A model generated the notes under the pieces. The model worked only from the letters and a program-made list of their open reading frames with translations. It did no database searches and had not been told where the DNA came from. A stretch of 64,000 bases of DNA, from the IMG/VR virus record IMGVR_UViG_3300025141_000036, positions 32,001-96,000 of that record; one strand, written 5' to 3'. The translations under genes were made by a program, and so were the position numbers. The stretch is from a virus. Of this stretch, positions 1 to 10,500 are shown piece after piece (the stretch's first letter is position 1; the number at the start of each line of letters is the position of its first letter).

Positions 1-3000
1 AACGCGCCGGGTGCGGAGGTGACATTTGTAACCCCAGACATATCAATAACTGTGTTGCCTGTAGTTCCTACTATTTGCTGGTATAGCCCAACAACTAAGG
101 GAAATGGGGATGTTGCTGTTATAGCTATATCTCCATTTGAAGCGGCACCATTGATGGCCGATACAAATCGATCTCTTATGGTCGTGCTGGATCCTAAAGC
201 GCTTTGGATTCCAATAATGACTTTCCCCGAAGATTTAGTTCCATCCGCAGTATTAGAAGTAGTGTCTGTAATAAAGACCTGGCTGCAACCATTTGCATCT
301 GTTAAAGTAAATTCTTGTGAGTTTCCGGGGTCTCCTGCGATTACTATTGTTCCTATTGCTGCTTTTAAAACAGGTGCATGTCCAAATTTCCAATTATATG
401 TAAGCTCTTCGACTCCACGGATTATACCCTCCGTACTTGCAAGTTGATCTAAGAGTCCTACTCGCCTTTGATACTTGTTTCTCTCAAGAATGTGTGACTC
501 AATGACATCTGTTGCTCCGGTGCCAAAATTAACAGAAGCAGGCACAAGTTGTCGGATCATTTCTGATATATTTCGATCTATCCATTTATAAAACTTAATA
601 AATCTTTCCTGGTCTGGGTCATCTTCTACTCGATTGAAAAAGTCTTGACGAACCTTGTTTAATCTCTTATAGTCCATTCTATATCGATCTTTAGGGCGAC
701 CCATTAAATTGGCAAATTCGTGAACACTTGAGAACATCTTGAGCATTTCTTCAGAAATAATCTGATTCATACTTTTTTCTAAAGTGTAAAAATTGTCGCT
801 TACATCATCATCTTTTATAAAATTAATATCTCTATCAGTCTTGATAACAATGTTGTCATCAGTGTAGGCTATCTCTGGGAGTTCTTTCTTTTGGGCATAA
901 ATAAATTCATTTTCAGCGAACGTTGTTTTGCTAGCCCCAAAAGAGTATCCTTTCCCTCTATTTTCTCTGCGAATAACCGCATCAATCACTGTACTATAAA
1001 TAACATCTGTGGAGCCGCTAGTTAAATCTTGAACAATAAAATCACCCGACGGACTAGACCCTGTGACTAAGTCGAACTCCCAATTAAGAATAGTTAATTC
1101 TTCTGAGGGTATATTTTTGTTAGTCACTGTGAAGATGTTCGATCCGCGGAACGCTTCAGAGTTACCATAATTCATTGGATCTTTATTGTGAGCTTGTATG
1201 GACGAATCTTCTAGGTAATCCAACCATGATCTTACGGCTCCAATTTCGATATCGGACTTGGTCAAAACAGAACCAGTAAAGTCTGAATAATGCGCACCGG
1301 CATAAATTCTTTTTGCATTAGATAAAAAGGCTGATCCAGAGGCGTTGTTCAGACTAGCTGTTAAATGAACCACATTCTCCAGTTCGTCAAAGTTATAGTT
1401 TACGGCATAAAAATCTAAAGTATAGGAAGGTGCAACATCCGTGACGTTCCCTGCGTAGGGATATGTATCTGGCTTCACGCGGATAGCCATATTCCAATGG
1501 TTATTCTCGTAAATGTTAGTGAAGTAACTAGATGTTAAGTTTATGGTTCCATCAGTATTTTTTAAAACAAATTTTCCATTTTTCGAATCAAGTTCGTCTC
1601 GGACTAAATAAACTTGAAGATTTGCAGTCTCTCTCGACCCGCCAGATCCAGTAGCCCACATGTAATTGCCGGGAGTTTCCTCTCGGGCTTCATGGAATCC
1701 AAAAATTGACGATGATAAAAACGGGGTGTAAAGATATCCTATTTCTGTGGTATCTTTTTTATATGGAAAAAGAACGTCGGCCTCTACAGTAAAAGCATCC
1801 TTCATTAATTCAGTAGTGGCGAGGCGGCCAAAAATAAAAGTATAAGGATTGTTCGCTGATGAGGTTTGAAAGATTGTTGATGAGTTATATTGAGGGTCCT
1901 TAAAATTTAAATATTTTTTTCGAACTGAAGATCCTTTCGCCTTATCGGTAAAGTAATGAGTCCCCCCATCCGTATAAACATTTAATTTAACTATCTCATC
2001 ATCTATCCCGAAACAGCGGAGGAAGTTCCTGATTGACTTTTCAGTTCCCTTAGATTTATAGATCGCCTCAATGTTATTATAAATGTTAGTATAAATCAGG
2101 TTTCTCAACCTATCAAGATTTTGTTCAAATTTAATAGAATCAAGATCAACATCGCCAAATAGATTGACAATTTCCGAGTCTATGAATAGGTTTCTGACCA
2201 CAAACCCTCTATCTGTTAAAAGATGGCTTGCAAAAGGAAGTGGCTTCTCGTTATCTTGAACGTAAACCTTGTCTTTGAGGTTAGGTAATGCAGTTATTTG
2301 AGCGTGTAGGGTGTCAAAGTAACTAGCCATGATTTGTGTCAGACTTCTTAGATTTGCACTACCCTCCTCGACGTCCTCATTGGTCATCCATTGAGGCAGA
2401 GAGCGAAAGATGGAGCTACCCACCGTGTTGTCATGCAAAGCCCCGGAGATAGCCATTTCGGACTCCAGAGAGACGACTTTGGGATGATCTGAATAGATGA
2501 TTGGGTTTTCCTCTTCTATATAAGCAAAAGAGGAAGATGCAAAAGCAGATCCAGTATTTCTTTGAGTGGAAGAAGTATATCCTTGCCAATAGCCATTAGC
2601 AATTCTACCCGAGTAATCTAAAACCTTTTGATCGAGTGCCGTATAGCCAGTTATTCCTTCATTAAATTTATAATAGACCCCCAAATCAGTGTTAGAACTA
2701 TTGTTATCAGAATTAGCTCCTCCTCCAATTTGACGGAACCAGTTCAGGCCGATTTGTTGCCCTGTTCTTTCTTTCTTCCAAAAACGAAATTCATCCAGAG
2801 ATCCGGAAAGCTTACCATAATTGGCGCCGCCGAAGCCACTTGGGGTGGTTGTCTGTAATGCTCCCATGTAGCCAGTTATCAAATTTTCTACTTCTGATCC
2901 CATTGTAGCACCGTGCTGAAGCAGCCGATCTTCTTGTCCATCGACATAAAAGCGCGTCCAAACTTGAGATCCATTTTGTATAAAAGATAGGGCGTAGTGA

Positions 3001-3788
3001 TGCCAATTCGCCATTGATGCATCCGTTGTTGATCCCACTGTACTTACGACTTGCTTTATGAAACCGTTGGTTCCATGGCGCAACGTCAACCTAAAGACAG
3101 GATCAGTTCCACCAGATGCTTTATAAACTTCTAAAATAAGACGCCCATAGTCAGCGTCAGACGGAGTCGTTACTCCATTCCATAGGTCTAAAATAACCTG
3201 AGATTGAGTCTCTGTTGAAGTATTTGGAAAGGTCGGAATCTTCAGCCAAAATTCAACTGTTGATCCACTAGCAAAATTTAGTCTCCAATTTTGAGTTCGA
3301 TTATATTCTAGGTCATATTTACCGGATTTTTCAAAGGTCTCCCTAAGTGGCTTACCAATCATTCCTGCTGATGCAGTATGGATGCCTCCCCACGTTCGAA
3401 TAAACTCTGGTGTGTTAGTTGAACCGTAGTTCGCACTTATGCTGCCGCCCCAATCAGCGGTAGTTCCTAAGTTTATGTATCCTGTGGTTTTTGGATACTT
3501 TTCCTCATACATCCACCGATCAAGATAAGAGGAAGATTGGTGAAATTGAATTGTTTCTAATTTAGAACCATCATAGGGATAATTGTTATAAATGCGAGAA
3601 ATGGAATCGGCGTAATACACTTCCGCAAGGCCATATTTAACAAAATTAGATGCGGTTGTAAAATCTATAGGTGGTATATAGGTTTCTCTTTCCTTCACCT
3701 CCTCAGATACAAACTCTGGAGATTCTACATAAACACTGGAGCTTGCGTAGCTTTTGACACCTTTGCCGAATAAATTTTTAATGCTCAT
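1..3788 (-). CDS. Large virion structural protein (baseplate wedge/tail-associated) with LamG/concanavalin-A-like domain; partial, runs off left edge (>1260 aa)
   Basis: Not in the ORF track because no stop lies in the window. Spot translations from ATG 3788 give MSIKNLFGKG...; LamG motifs WHHYALSF..RFYVDG and GSLDEFRFWK; baseplate-type motif IYKSKGTEKSIRNFLRCFG. Overlaps the stop of the upstream gene. Confidence 0.75.
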   Translation of the reverse strand, partial: MSIKNLFGKGVKSYASSSVYVESPEFVSEEVKERETYIPPIDFTTASNFVKYGLAEVYYADSISRIYNNYPYDGSKLETIQFHQSSSYLDRWMYEEKYPKTTGYINLGTTADWGGSISANYGSTNTPEFIRTWGGIHTASAGMIGKPLRETFEKSGKYDLEYNRTQNWRLNFASGSTVEFWLKIPTFPNTSTETQSQVILDLWNGVTTPSDADYGRLILEVYKASGGTDPVFRLTLRHGTNGFIKQVVSTVGSTTDASMANWHHYALSFIQNGSQVWTRFYVDGQEDRLLQHGATMGSEVENLITGYMGALQTTTPSGFGGANYGKLSGSLDEFRFWKKERTGQQIGLNWFRQIGGGANSDNNSSNTDLGVYYKFNEGITGYTALDQKVLDYSGRIANGYWQGYTSSTQRNTGSAFASSSFAYIEEENPIIYSDHPKVVSLESEMAISGALHDNTVGSSIFRSLPQWMTNEDVEEGSANLRSLTQIMASYFDTLHAQITALPNLKDKVYVQDNEKPLPFASHLLTDRGFVVRNLFIDSEIVNLFGDVDLDSIKFEQNLDRLRNLIYTNIYNNIEAIYKSKGTEKSIRNFLRCFGIDDEIVKLNVYTDGGTHYFTDKAKGSSVRKKYLNFKDPQYNSSTIFQTSSANNPYTFIFGRLATTELMKDAFTVEADVLFPYKKDTTEIGYLYTPFLSSSIFGFHEAREETPGNYMWATGSGGSRETANLQVYLVRDELDSKNGKFVLKNTDGTINLTSSYFTNIYENNHWNMAIRVKPDTYPYAGNVTDVAPSYTLDFYAVNYNFDELENVVHLTASLNNASGSAFLSNAKRIYAGAHYSDFTGSVLTKSDIEIGAVRSWLDYLEDSSIQAHNKDPMNYGNSEAFRGSNIFTVTNKNIPSEELTILNWEFDLVTGSSPSGDFIVQDLTSGSTDVIYSTVIDAVIRRENRGKGYSFGASKTTFAENEFIYAQKKELPEIAYTDDNIVIKTDRDINFIKDDDVSDNFYTLEKSMNQIISEEMLKMFSSVHEFANLMGRPKDRYRMDYKRLNKVRQDFFNRVEDDPDQERFIKFYKWIDRNISEMIRQLVPASVNFGTGATDVIESHILERNKYQRRVGLLDQLASTEGIIRGVEELTYNWKFGHAPVLKAAIGTIVIAGDPGNSQEFTLTDANGCSQVFITDTTSNTADGTKSSGKVIIGIQSALGSSTTIRDRFVSAINGAASNGDIAITATSPFPLVVGLYQQIVGTTGNTVIDMSGVTNVTSAPGA

Positions 3789-5295
3789 TCTTTACCACTC
3801 GTAAATTATAAATAAATGGTTGTTCCTCATAAGTTAAAGTATCCGGATCATAAACCGAAAATGTTATCCCATATTGATAATTGGGTTGCAACATTGAACA
3901 GTTTAGATCAAAATAATTTCCAGAAACATCATAGGATAGGCGCGTTGCTTGATCAGAGCCCGTATTATAAGGAATGACAACTTTACTATCAGACACTCTA
4001 ACTACCTGATAAGAAGAACTTTCAAAAACTAGGCTATTTGGCACAGTTGTTGCTTTCGTATAGATGTTTGGGGACCAATTCTTCTCTCGGGCGTAAAGTC
4101 TTATTCTGTGGGTCTGATTATGATAATAACTCTGGTTTTTATTGCTTACGGCGAAAACATATTTAGGGGTGTAGGAATATTGCAGTGCTGCTGATCTTTT
4201 GATCGCGATAGAGCCTGTTGAAAATTGATTGGCTGAATCCCTGGCATCTGTTGCAGAATTGCTTCCGCTCCACCACACATCATAAACGGTTTCAATGGTG
4301 GACGAACCTGTATAGGCAAAAGAAGCAGAATAGATTCCTTTTGAAACCCAGCCGCCTGTTACTGCATATTGGTTCGCAGACCTCACATAGTCACTGTCGG
4401 CTACTAATTTTAAGGCTGGACCAGTCGGATCAGTTGACCCAGAAAATAAACTAACCATTATTCCACGCTCTGCTGTTCCAATAGAAGGAATGTTGGATAG
4501 TCGACCTCTAGCATAGTTATAAAGATAAATTGTATTTAAATTGTCTGGGCCTGAAACTAGGGATGAACTTAAGTAAAACGATCCACGATCATCTAGTTTT
4601 GCTGAATCCCATCGGGCTTCAATAACCGGCCTCTCAAACCAATTGTGCGAATTTCTTCCAAAGAACATCTTAGTGTAATAGGATCGATCCTGCTCGGCTA
4701 ATGAATCAGCAATGCGAATAACCACCCCATTGTTGGTTTCTTCACCGTCTACCCACTTATTAACAAGCGAAGTGATGTCTACCTCGAGGTTTTCATCGCC
4801 AACCGGGAACGCTGCGGAATATATAATAGATCCTGAGGCTCCGCCGGTCTTCGGGCTGGGGACAGTGCCCCATATTTGAGAACCCGAGCGCATAATCCAG
4901 TTAGAACCGCGAATGTCATAAGTCAAATCGGAGTAGTCGTTCATGTCTAGTCCGAGGCCCTCTTGCCACTCTTCAGTAACGTTCAGAATCTCTAAAGTAT
5001 AGTCACGCGGCAGGGTCTGTGAACTTTTACAATTATATAACTTTAAATAAAAGGAAGACCCAGATGAAATTGCGCCGGATGTCTTATCTGCTGCCACCTG
5101 AGTGCTATCAAATTGTAACAAAATATTGGCCTTTTCTCTTTGGAGACCTACTGAATTTGAGACCTGGCCATAAATTGTGAACACCTCTAAAATGTCAGAC
5201 TGGCCCATGTTGGACCCTGTTCCTCTGGTAGCCAAATCACTCTCATAAGCATTCGTTACTGTATTGTCCTTTGTGGCATAATATCTTTTTATCAT
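3778..5295 (-). CDS. Virion structural protein with DNRLRE/disaggregatase-like N-terminal domain
   Basis: 505 aa; ILLQFD..LKLY..VTEEWQEG..VDITSLVNKWVDG..NNGVVIR pattern; lies in the baseplate operon. Confidence 0.55.
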   Translation of the reverse strand: MIKRYYATKDNTVTNAYESDLATRGTGSNMGQSDILEVFTIYGQVSNSVGLQREKANILLQFDSTQVAADKTSGAISSGSSFYLKLYNCKSSQTLPRDYTLEILNVTEEWQEGLGLDMNDYSDLTYDIRGSNWIMRSGSQIWGTVPSPKTGGASGSIIYSAAFPVGDENLEVDITSLVNKWVDGEETNNGVVIRIADSLAEQDRSYYTKMFFGRNSHNWFERPVIEARWDSAKLDDRGSFYLSSSLVSGPDNLNTIYLYNYARGRLSNIPSIGTAERGIMVSLFSGSTDPTGPALKLVADSDYVRSANQYAVTGGWVSKGIYSASFAYTGSSTIETVYDVWWSGSNSATDARDSANQFSTGSIAIKRSAALQYSYTPKYVFAVSNKNQSYYHNQTHRIRLYAREKNWSPNIYTKATTVPNSLVFESSSYQVVRVSDSKVVIPYNTGSDQATRLSYDVSGNYFDLNCSMLQPNYQYGITFSVYDPDTLTYEEQPFIYNLRVVKNEH

Positions 5296-7091
5296 TTAAT
5301 TAAAGTCCCCTTTATATCACTATTCGGATATTTTAATTCCATAATTACATTTTTTGGAGTGTTGATATAAGTCCCATCTTTAGATAGCGCGTCGGCGAAA
5401 CTTATGCGGGTTGATGAATAGGGGCCACCAAATTTTTGATCAATGCTAACCTTTTTTACATCCGAGACTCCCTCAACTTTTCCTAACACACTGTAAAGGC
5501 GACTGATATAAACTGGTTCTCCAATGTATAATTGATTAGAATAATACTCTTTCAGTCTGGCTACGCACCTTCCAATAATATCAAATTGAGAATATCTATG
5601 GTCAACTGTTACCTTAAAATCTACACCAAAGTTTACGACCTTCGCATCATAAATATCTACAACATCATTAAGTGATTTATATTGCATAATCCATGTCTTA
5701 AGGTTGCTTTTTATCTTGGAGTTACAAGTAGTTAGTTTTCCATCTGAGTCTTCAGAAATAACATAAAGAGCCAATCTGCGGTTAGTTGCACTTGGGTCAT
5801 TCACTACACTTGCCCTCTTAACTGTTCCAAACTTCTTGGGCATGTTATAGATCATCGACTCATAATCTTGCCTTGTTACTGCTCTATTCTGAGAGGCATA
5901 AAAGGATTTTGCTCTTTGTTTTAGTTCTTCATTTGTCAATTGTTCTATGTCGCCCACTATAGGCTCTTCGTTCGTAACTTCCAATGAACCTAAGACATCA
6001 GCTTTACCAATTGAGGACAAAGTTTCTGTGTTATCAAACTCCATTTTGACACTCTGCACAGTTGTGATTGTGTTGACTGCCGCATTAATGTTTGCATTAT
6101 CATTTGACTTAACGATGATAGTTAAATTAGTACCTGACGGGGCCACTCCGAGCTTGTTAGTCTTTAGCAACTTTGATGGATCGAAAGACATTTTAGAAAT
6201 ACTTTTCTTCCCAAACATCTTAATAGCTACTTGAGAAGGGTCAGCTATTTCATCAACGCCGTCGTCTTCAGAGCCAAACCCAAATTGTAAATAGGTTCCC
6301 GTATCGTCTTGTTCTAAAACAAACCTACGAGATGCCACATAGGGTTTCATAATGCTCCTAACTCCATCGCTTAAGGCATCCTTGTTGGTGGTTTCCTGGA
6401 ATACTACCTCTTGAGATAAATTTTCCACTTCGTAATAATCATTTCCGTCGGAATCTTTAACTGAAATAATCTCTGAAATCAATGATCCTCCGACTCTAAC
6501 TTTCCTAAACTTCTTGAAAGTAGCGTTGGCCAAGTTCACATCTACACGCTGGTAAATCCCACTGACTACTTGTCCGAAGGCCTTCACTGCGAAGTATGTG
6601 GTTGCTCCCGTGCTTGGATTAAATCTAGCAGCAACAATTTCATTTTTGGGATCGGAGAATCTCACATCTTCTGTCAAAGTATAGGTACTTGATGCAGCTC
6701 CGAAAGAAGATCCCTGTTTTATGGTGGGCAGATAGGCAAAGTCAGGAGCTGTTCCATCACCATTAGCTGGTATTAAACAAAACATTGACACAATCCCATA
6801 AGCATTAGGGTTTCCTGCGAACTTATATCCCATGGCCCGTGCGTGTTTGCGAATATTATTAAATTCTAAAGCGGTGTCCAGGAAACTTTCATTAGCAGAG
6901 TAATCTACGTAATATGACAAAACATCTCCTACATAAGCGACTGTGTCTAACATTAAGGAGTTGATTGTTGATTTAGAAAAGTCCTTCCATTCTGCGGAAT
7001 AATATCTCTTTGCATGATTGAGCAAATCTCTTTTGATAGACTCATAATCTCTGCTGGTGTAATTAATGGGTGTTTTTTTTAATTTTGACAT
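5292..7091 (-). CDS. Baseplate wedge subunit (T4 gp6 / baseplate J-like)
   Basis: 599 aa; YTSRDYESIKRDL, ANESFLDTA, QNRAVTRQDY motifs. Confidence 0.85.
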   Translation of the reverse strand: MSKLKKTPINYTSRDYESIKRDLLNHAKRYYSAEWKDFSKSTINSLMLDTVAYVGDVLSYYVDYSANESFLDTALEFNNIRKHARAMGYKFAGNPNAYGIVSMFCLIPANGDGTAPDFAYLPTIKQGSSFGAASSTYTLTEDVRFSDPKNEIVAARFNPSTGATTYFAVKAFGQVVSGIYQRVDVNLANATFKKFRKVRVGGSLISEIISVKDSDGNDYYEVENLSQEVVFQETTNKDALSDGVRSIMKPYVASRRFVLEQDDTGTYLQFGFGSEDDGVDEIADPSQVAIKMFGKKSISKMSFDPSKLLKTNKLGVAPSGTNLTIIVKSNDNANINAAVNTITTVQSVKMEFDNTETLSSIGKADVLGSLEVTNEEPIVGDIEQLTNEELKQRAKSFYASQNRAVTRQDYESMIYNMPKKFGTVKRASVVNDPSATNRRLALYVISEDSDGKLTTCNSKIKSNLKTWIMQYKSLNDVVDIYDAKVVNFGVDFKVTVDHRYSQFDIIGRCVARLKEYYSNQLYIGEPVYISRLYSVLGKVEGVSDVKKVSIDQKFGGPYSSTRISFADALSKDGTYINTPKNVIMELKYPNSDIKGTLIK

Positions 7092-7111
7092 AGATTGCCC
7101 TCTCTAAATGA

Positions 7112-7118
7112 TAAATAG
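7112..7118 (-). promoter_or_regulatory. Putative late promoter core CTATTTA
   Basis: In the intergenic gap ~20 nt upstream of the gp6-like ATG; recurs in about 10 gaps. Confidence 0.45.
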
Positions 7119-7133
7119 TTGGCTGATTAAAAG

Positions 7134-7505
7134 TTAAGGAGTCACATAAAGGTTCAAAACCTCAGAAAAGGCCGAATTTGAAATAGAATAGTTTATTGAC
7201 ACCCCCAGGGCATTTGAATCTATATTGTCCATTTCAAATTCAACACTATTAATGGTAATATAGGGCATGTATTCACCAACTTGGGAATAGATTCTAGACT
7301 CGACCTCATCATTCGGGAATTCGATATCCAAGGAGAATAGGTAATTTGGCAGACCTACACCAAAGTTACCACTCATTGCATACTCCCCGGGTCTAGTCAG
7401 TAATAAAAATTTAAAATTTTGTTTAATTGCCTCAGATTTTTGCTCATCTGTGAATGATGCAAACCCTGCGGTTCCCATTTGTATAGGTAAAATAGTTGAA
7501 ATCAT
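7134..7505 (-). CDS. Baseplate wedge subunit, gp25/GpW-like
   Basis: 123 aa; QNFKFLLLTRPGE..FGVGLPNYLF..YMPYITI pattern. Confidence 0.85.
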   Translation of the reverse strand: MISTILPIQMGTAGFASFTDEQKSEAIKQNFKFLLLTRPGEYAMSGNFGVGLPNYLFSLDIEFPNDEVESRIYSQVGEYMPYITINSVEFEMDNIDSNALGVSINYSISNSAFSEVLNLYVTP

Positions 7506-7516
7506 TTGTTGTCTCC

Positions 7517-10500
7517 TTATCTGAACATTTTTTGGAAAGAATTAAGACAATCCTGGCCATCGGCATCAAACGGCTTTATGTCTACAAAGCGTATACGCTG
7601 CCACCATTGAACACTAGAGTCTAAATTCATAAAAGCTTGGGGGAGCAAATTCTTAAGAAATTCGCTTTTTTCTCTCTTTGATCGAGGTTCGTTCTCTTCT
7701 TTCTCGTCATCATCTGTGCGATAAGTAGCGTTGAAAAGTTGTCTTAGTTTTTTCTTTGTTTTATCAAACAGAGCTTTTTTCCATTGCTCTCTCAGTTTAC
7801 CCGGGTCTTCATCTACTTCGTCTGGGTTGCTAAGATCCATGCCTATAGATTCAAAGAACCCGTAAAATGAATAAACTCCATAAAACGAAACAAATGATCG
7901 GGCTGGAAAACATGTGTCAAAAAGAACCTTGAAATCTTCTTCTTTGGTTAAGTTGTCTATATAACACTTTAATTCTTCTCCCATGTTTTTGCCTTCGAGA
8001 TCTAAGTCTCCAACAGGCCTATCTTTAATGTCTTGCTCAAACTCAACTACAGGAATGGCTCTTGAGAGCGACTCTTGTTGCACAGTTATGCCGTCCAAGG
8101 ATTCTATTATTCTCTCCTTTAAGGCTGTGTTTCCTAGAAGAGTTTCCAACCACGCATGCACACTCTCGTCCACTTTCAAAGAAACTTCAGGGACTCCGAT
8201 CGTATACGTCCTTTCTTTCTGATTGTCTTCAGGTGCAGTGTAGTTAAATTGAGGAGGAGGACTATAAATAAGACGTACTCCAAACTTCACCCCTATGGTC
8301 CCCATAACTTCATCCTCTACTATATAAGCGTTGCCAAAAAACTCAGAGATATTTTTAGAGGGATCCAAAACCAAAGTTTCTAAAGAAAGATCTTCGGATT
8401 GTGTAATAGCCACTCCTGGTTCATACGCCTGCAACTTTGAGGCTATTAATTCTTGAAATTCCGGAATGCTTAAAACTCGTTCTTCACCATCTTTTGTATA
8501 TACTCTCACATATTTCTCAAGATAAAATAAACCATTTTGAAAAAGAGTAATCATATTGGAGACTTTTCTTTTTAAAAATTCAGGAATAGCGGCGGGAGGA
8601 GTTTCAAGAAGGCCCTCGGAAAAGTATGCCAATGCATCGTCGTGCTCAGCGGGGATGGCCAGATTGGCAGCGGTTACCGTAATCTCTTGATTATTAAAAG
8701 GGTTGTCTACTTCCACATCTCTTACTACATTAAAGATGTCACCATAATCGAAACCAGTTGAACCTTCGACGGCTGGTTGCTCTATTTTCATCTCTCCTGA
8801 TCTTAGAGAGGATCCGAAAAGAATGCCATTACGAGATAGTAAATATTTTTGTATGTCTTCTATATGAGGACGGGGCCGCATATTCAAATTAATTTTTTTC
8901 ATTAACAATGACAATTCATTTTTTGCCAACGCTCGTAAAATTACCTCTGCTGCTGCGCGAGATTCATGAAGCGAGTTTATTTTTCTTGCTAGTCTCAGTT
9001 TGAAAGGGCTTAGAAAAGCGCAGCGGGTCAGCAAAGTACCAACGAGATGGGCTTGGGCCGCTGTTATCGCGGCAGGGCCGCCTACAGCAAGCAACGCCAG
9101 ACTCTTTAGTAATTCTTCAGTAAGAACGTTATCATAATCTTGCTGCCAGTCTTCTCCGAACGCAATAATCGCTGCTCCTCGGAAGGTGTCACTTATTGAA
9201 TCCCAAGGCATATTCTCCCAATCAAAAATATTTATTTTTATAGGATCATAGTTTATTTGCGTCGTTTCGATAATCGTGAACGCGTTCTTTATCTCTTGAG
9301 TTTCTTCCATTAACCCATCTTGAATTTGACGTTGTACAACTTGAACTGCTTGCTCCAAGAACATCAAATAATAAGTATATCCCTGAACCATATTCCAGCT
9401 AGTTGTTTGTGCTGTCAGGCCATTTTTCATCTGTTGTATGATGAGATTTAAAAATGCATTATCCACGTTTTTGCTGGACAATTCTATTCCGCTATAAACG
9501 GGAAGAGTTTTAAATATGTATTCTGAACAATATACTCGCATAGTAGAGAGCACGACCCCTTCCATTATCCCATGGGTTGCTGATGAAAAATGCTTATCAT
9601 AAGGAACCTCTATTCTGCAGTCTGGTGCTAACGAGAGTCTCTCATCGAAAGGCAAATTATCTTCCACTTCTTTAGCTCTCTTGGCTATCTGAGTGATATT
9701 GAGAAACCCGTTGTCCTCTTTTTCACAAGACTTTAGCTCTGGTATAAAAGTCCTTATCATCCCTAGCCAGCCATTGTAGCTAGCTGGTTCTACATAAATT
9801 TTTGGGAACAAATAATTTCCACCATGAATCGAAGGATCCAAGAAATGTACTCTGGGATTTTCTGTTGCGCTTTTTCCTAAAACCCTGTCTCCGGGGAGAT
9901 GAGTATACACCCAAGACGACTTGTCGTCTGGGGATGCGTCGGGGTTAACATACCACAGATCTGCAAAAGTTAAAGGCTCTCCGCCTTCGTAGCCAAATCT
10001 AAATCCCGTTGGGATGTCTCCGCTTGGTGTTTGAATTACCGCATTCTGTACACACTGCAGGACCGTCTTGTTGCCTCGATCAAAAGCCTTCATCAAAACT
10101 GCTGGGTTTTGTTCGATAGTACCACTTATTTTAGATTCCAACAGTGATTTAAAGATCAAGGCCTGATATGGCAACTCCTCTTGGTTATCAACATAATTGA
10201 AATTTAAATACTTAGTGGCCTTAAAATCATTATTTACTTCTAAATCTAAAGAAACCATGGGTGGCAAAGATTTTTTCGAAAACAATCCGTAATCAAGACC
10301 TAATCTCTCAGCTTCTGCCTCTGTTATCTTATTTCTAAAGGTTTCCACCACCTCAAGCTGATAAGATGGCTTTGCTACTTTTCTTAATTTAAAGTTAAGT
10401 TGGAACTCGTATGAGGGAACAGATTCAAATGAATTAATAAATTGCTTGGATACTTGTGCTTGGGGAGTAGTGGATCTGTTCGAAAGGTAGCTCGTGTAAC

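Noticed and set aside
1-3777. Apparent 3.7-kb non-coding or pseudogene gap in the ORF track
   Set aside because: Spot translations are consistent with one continuous minus-strand frame from ATG 3788 that runs off the window edge.
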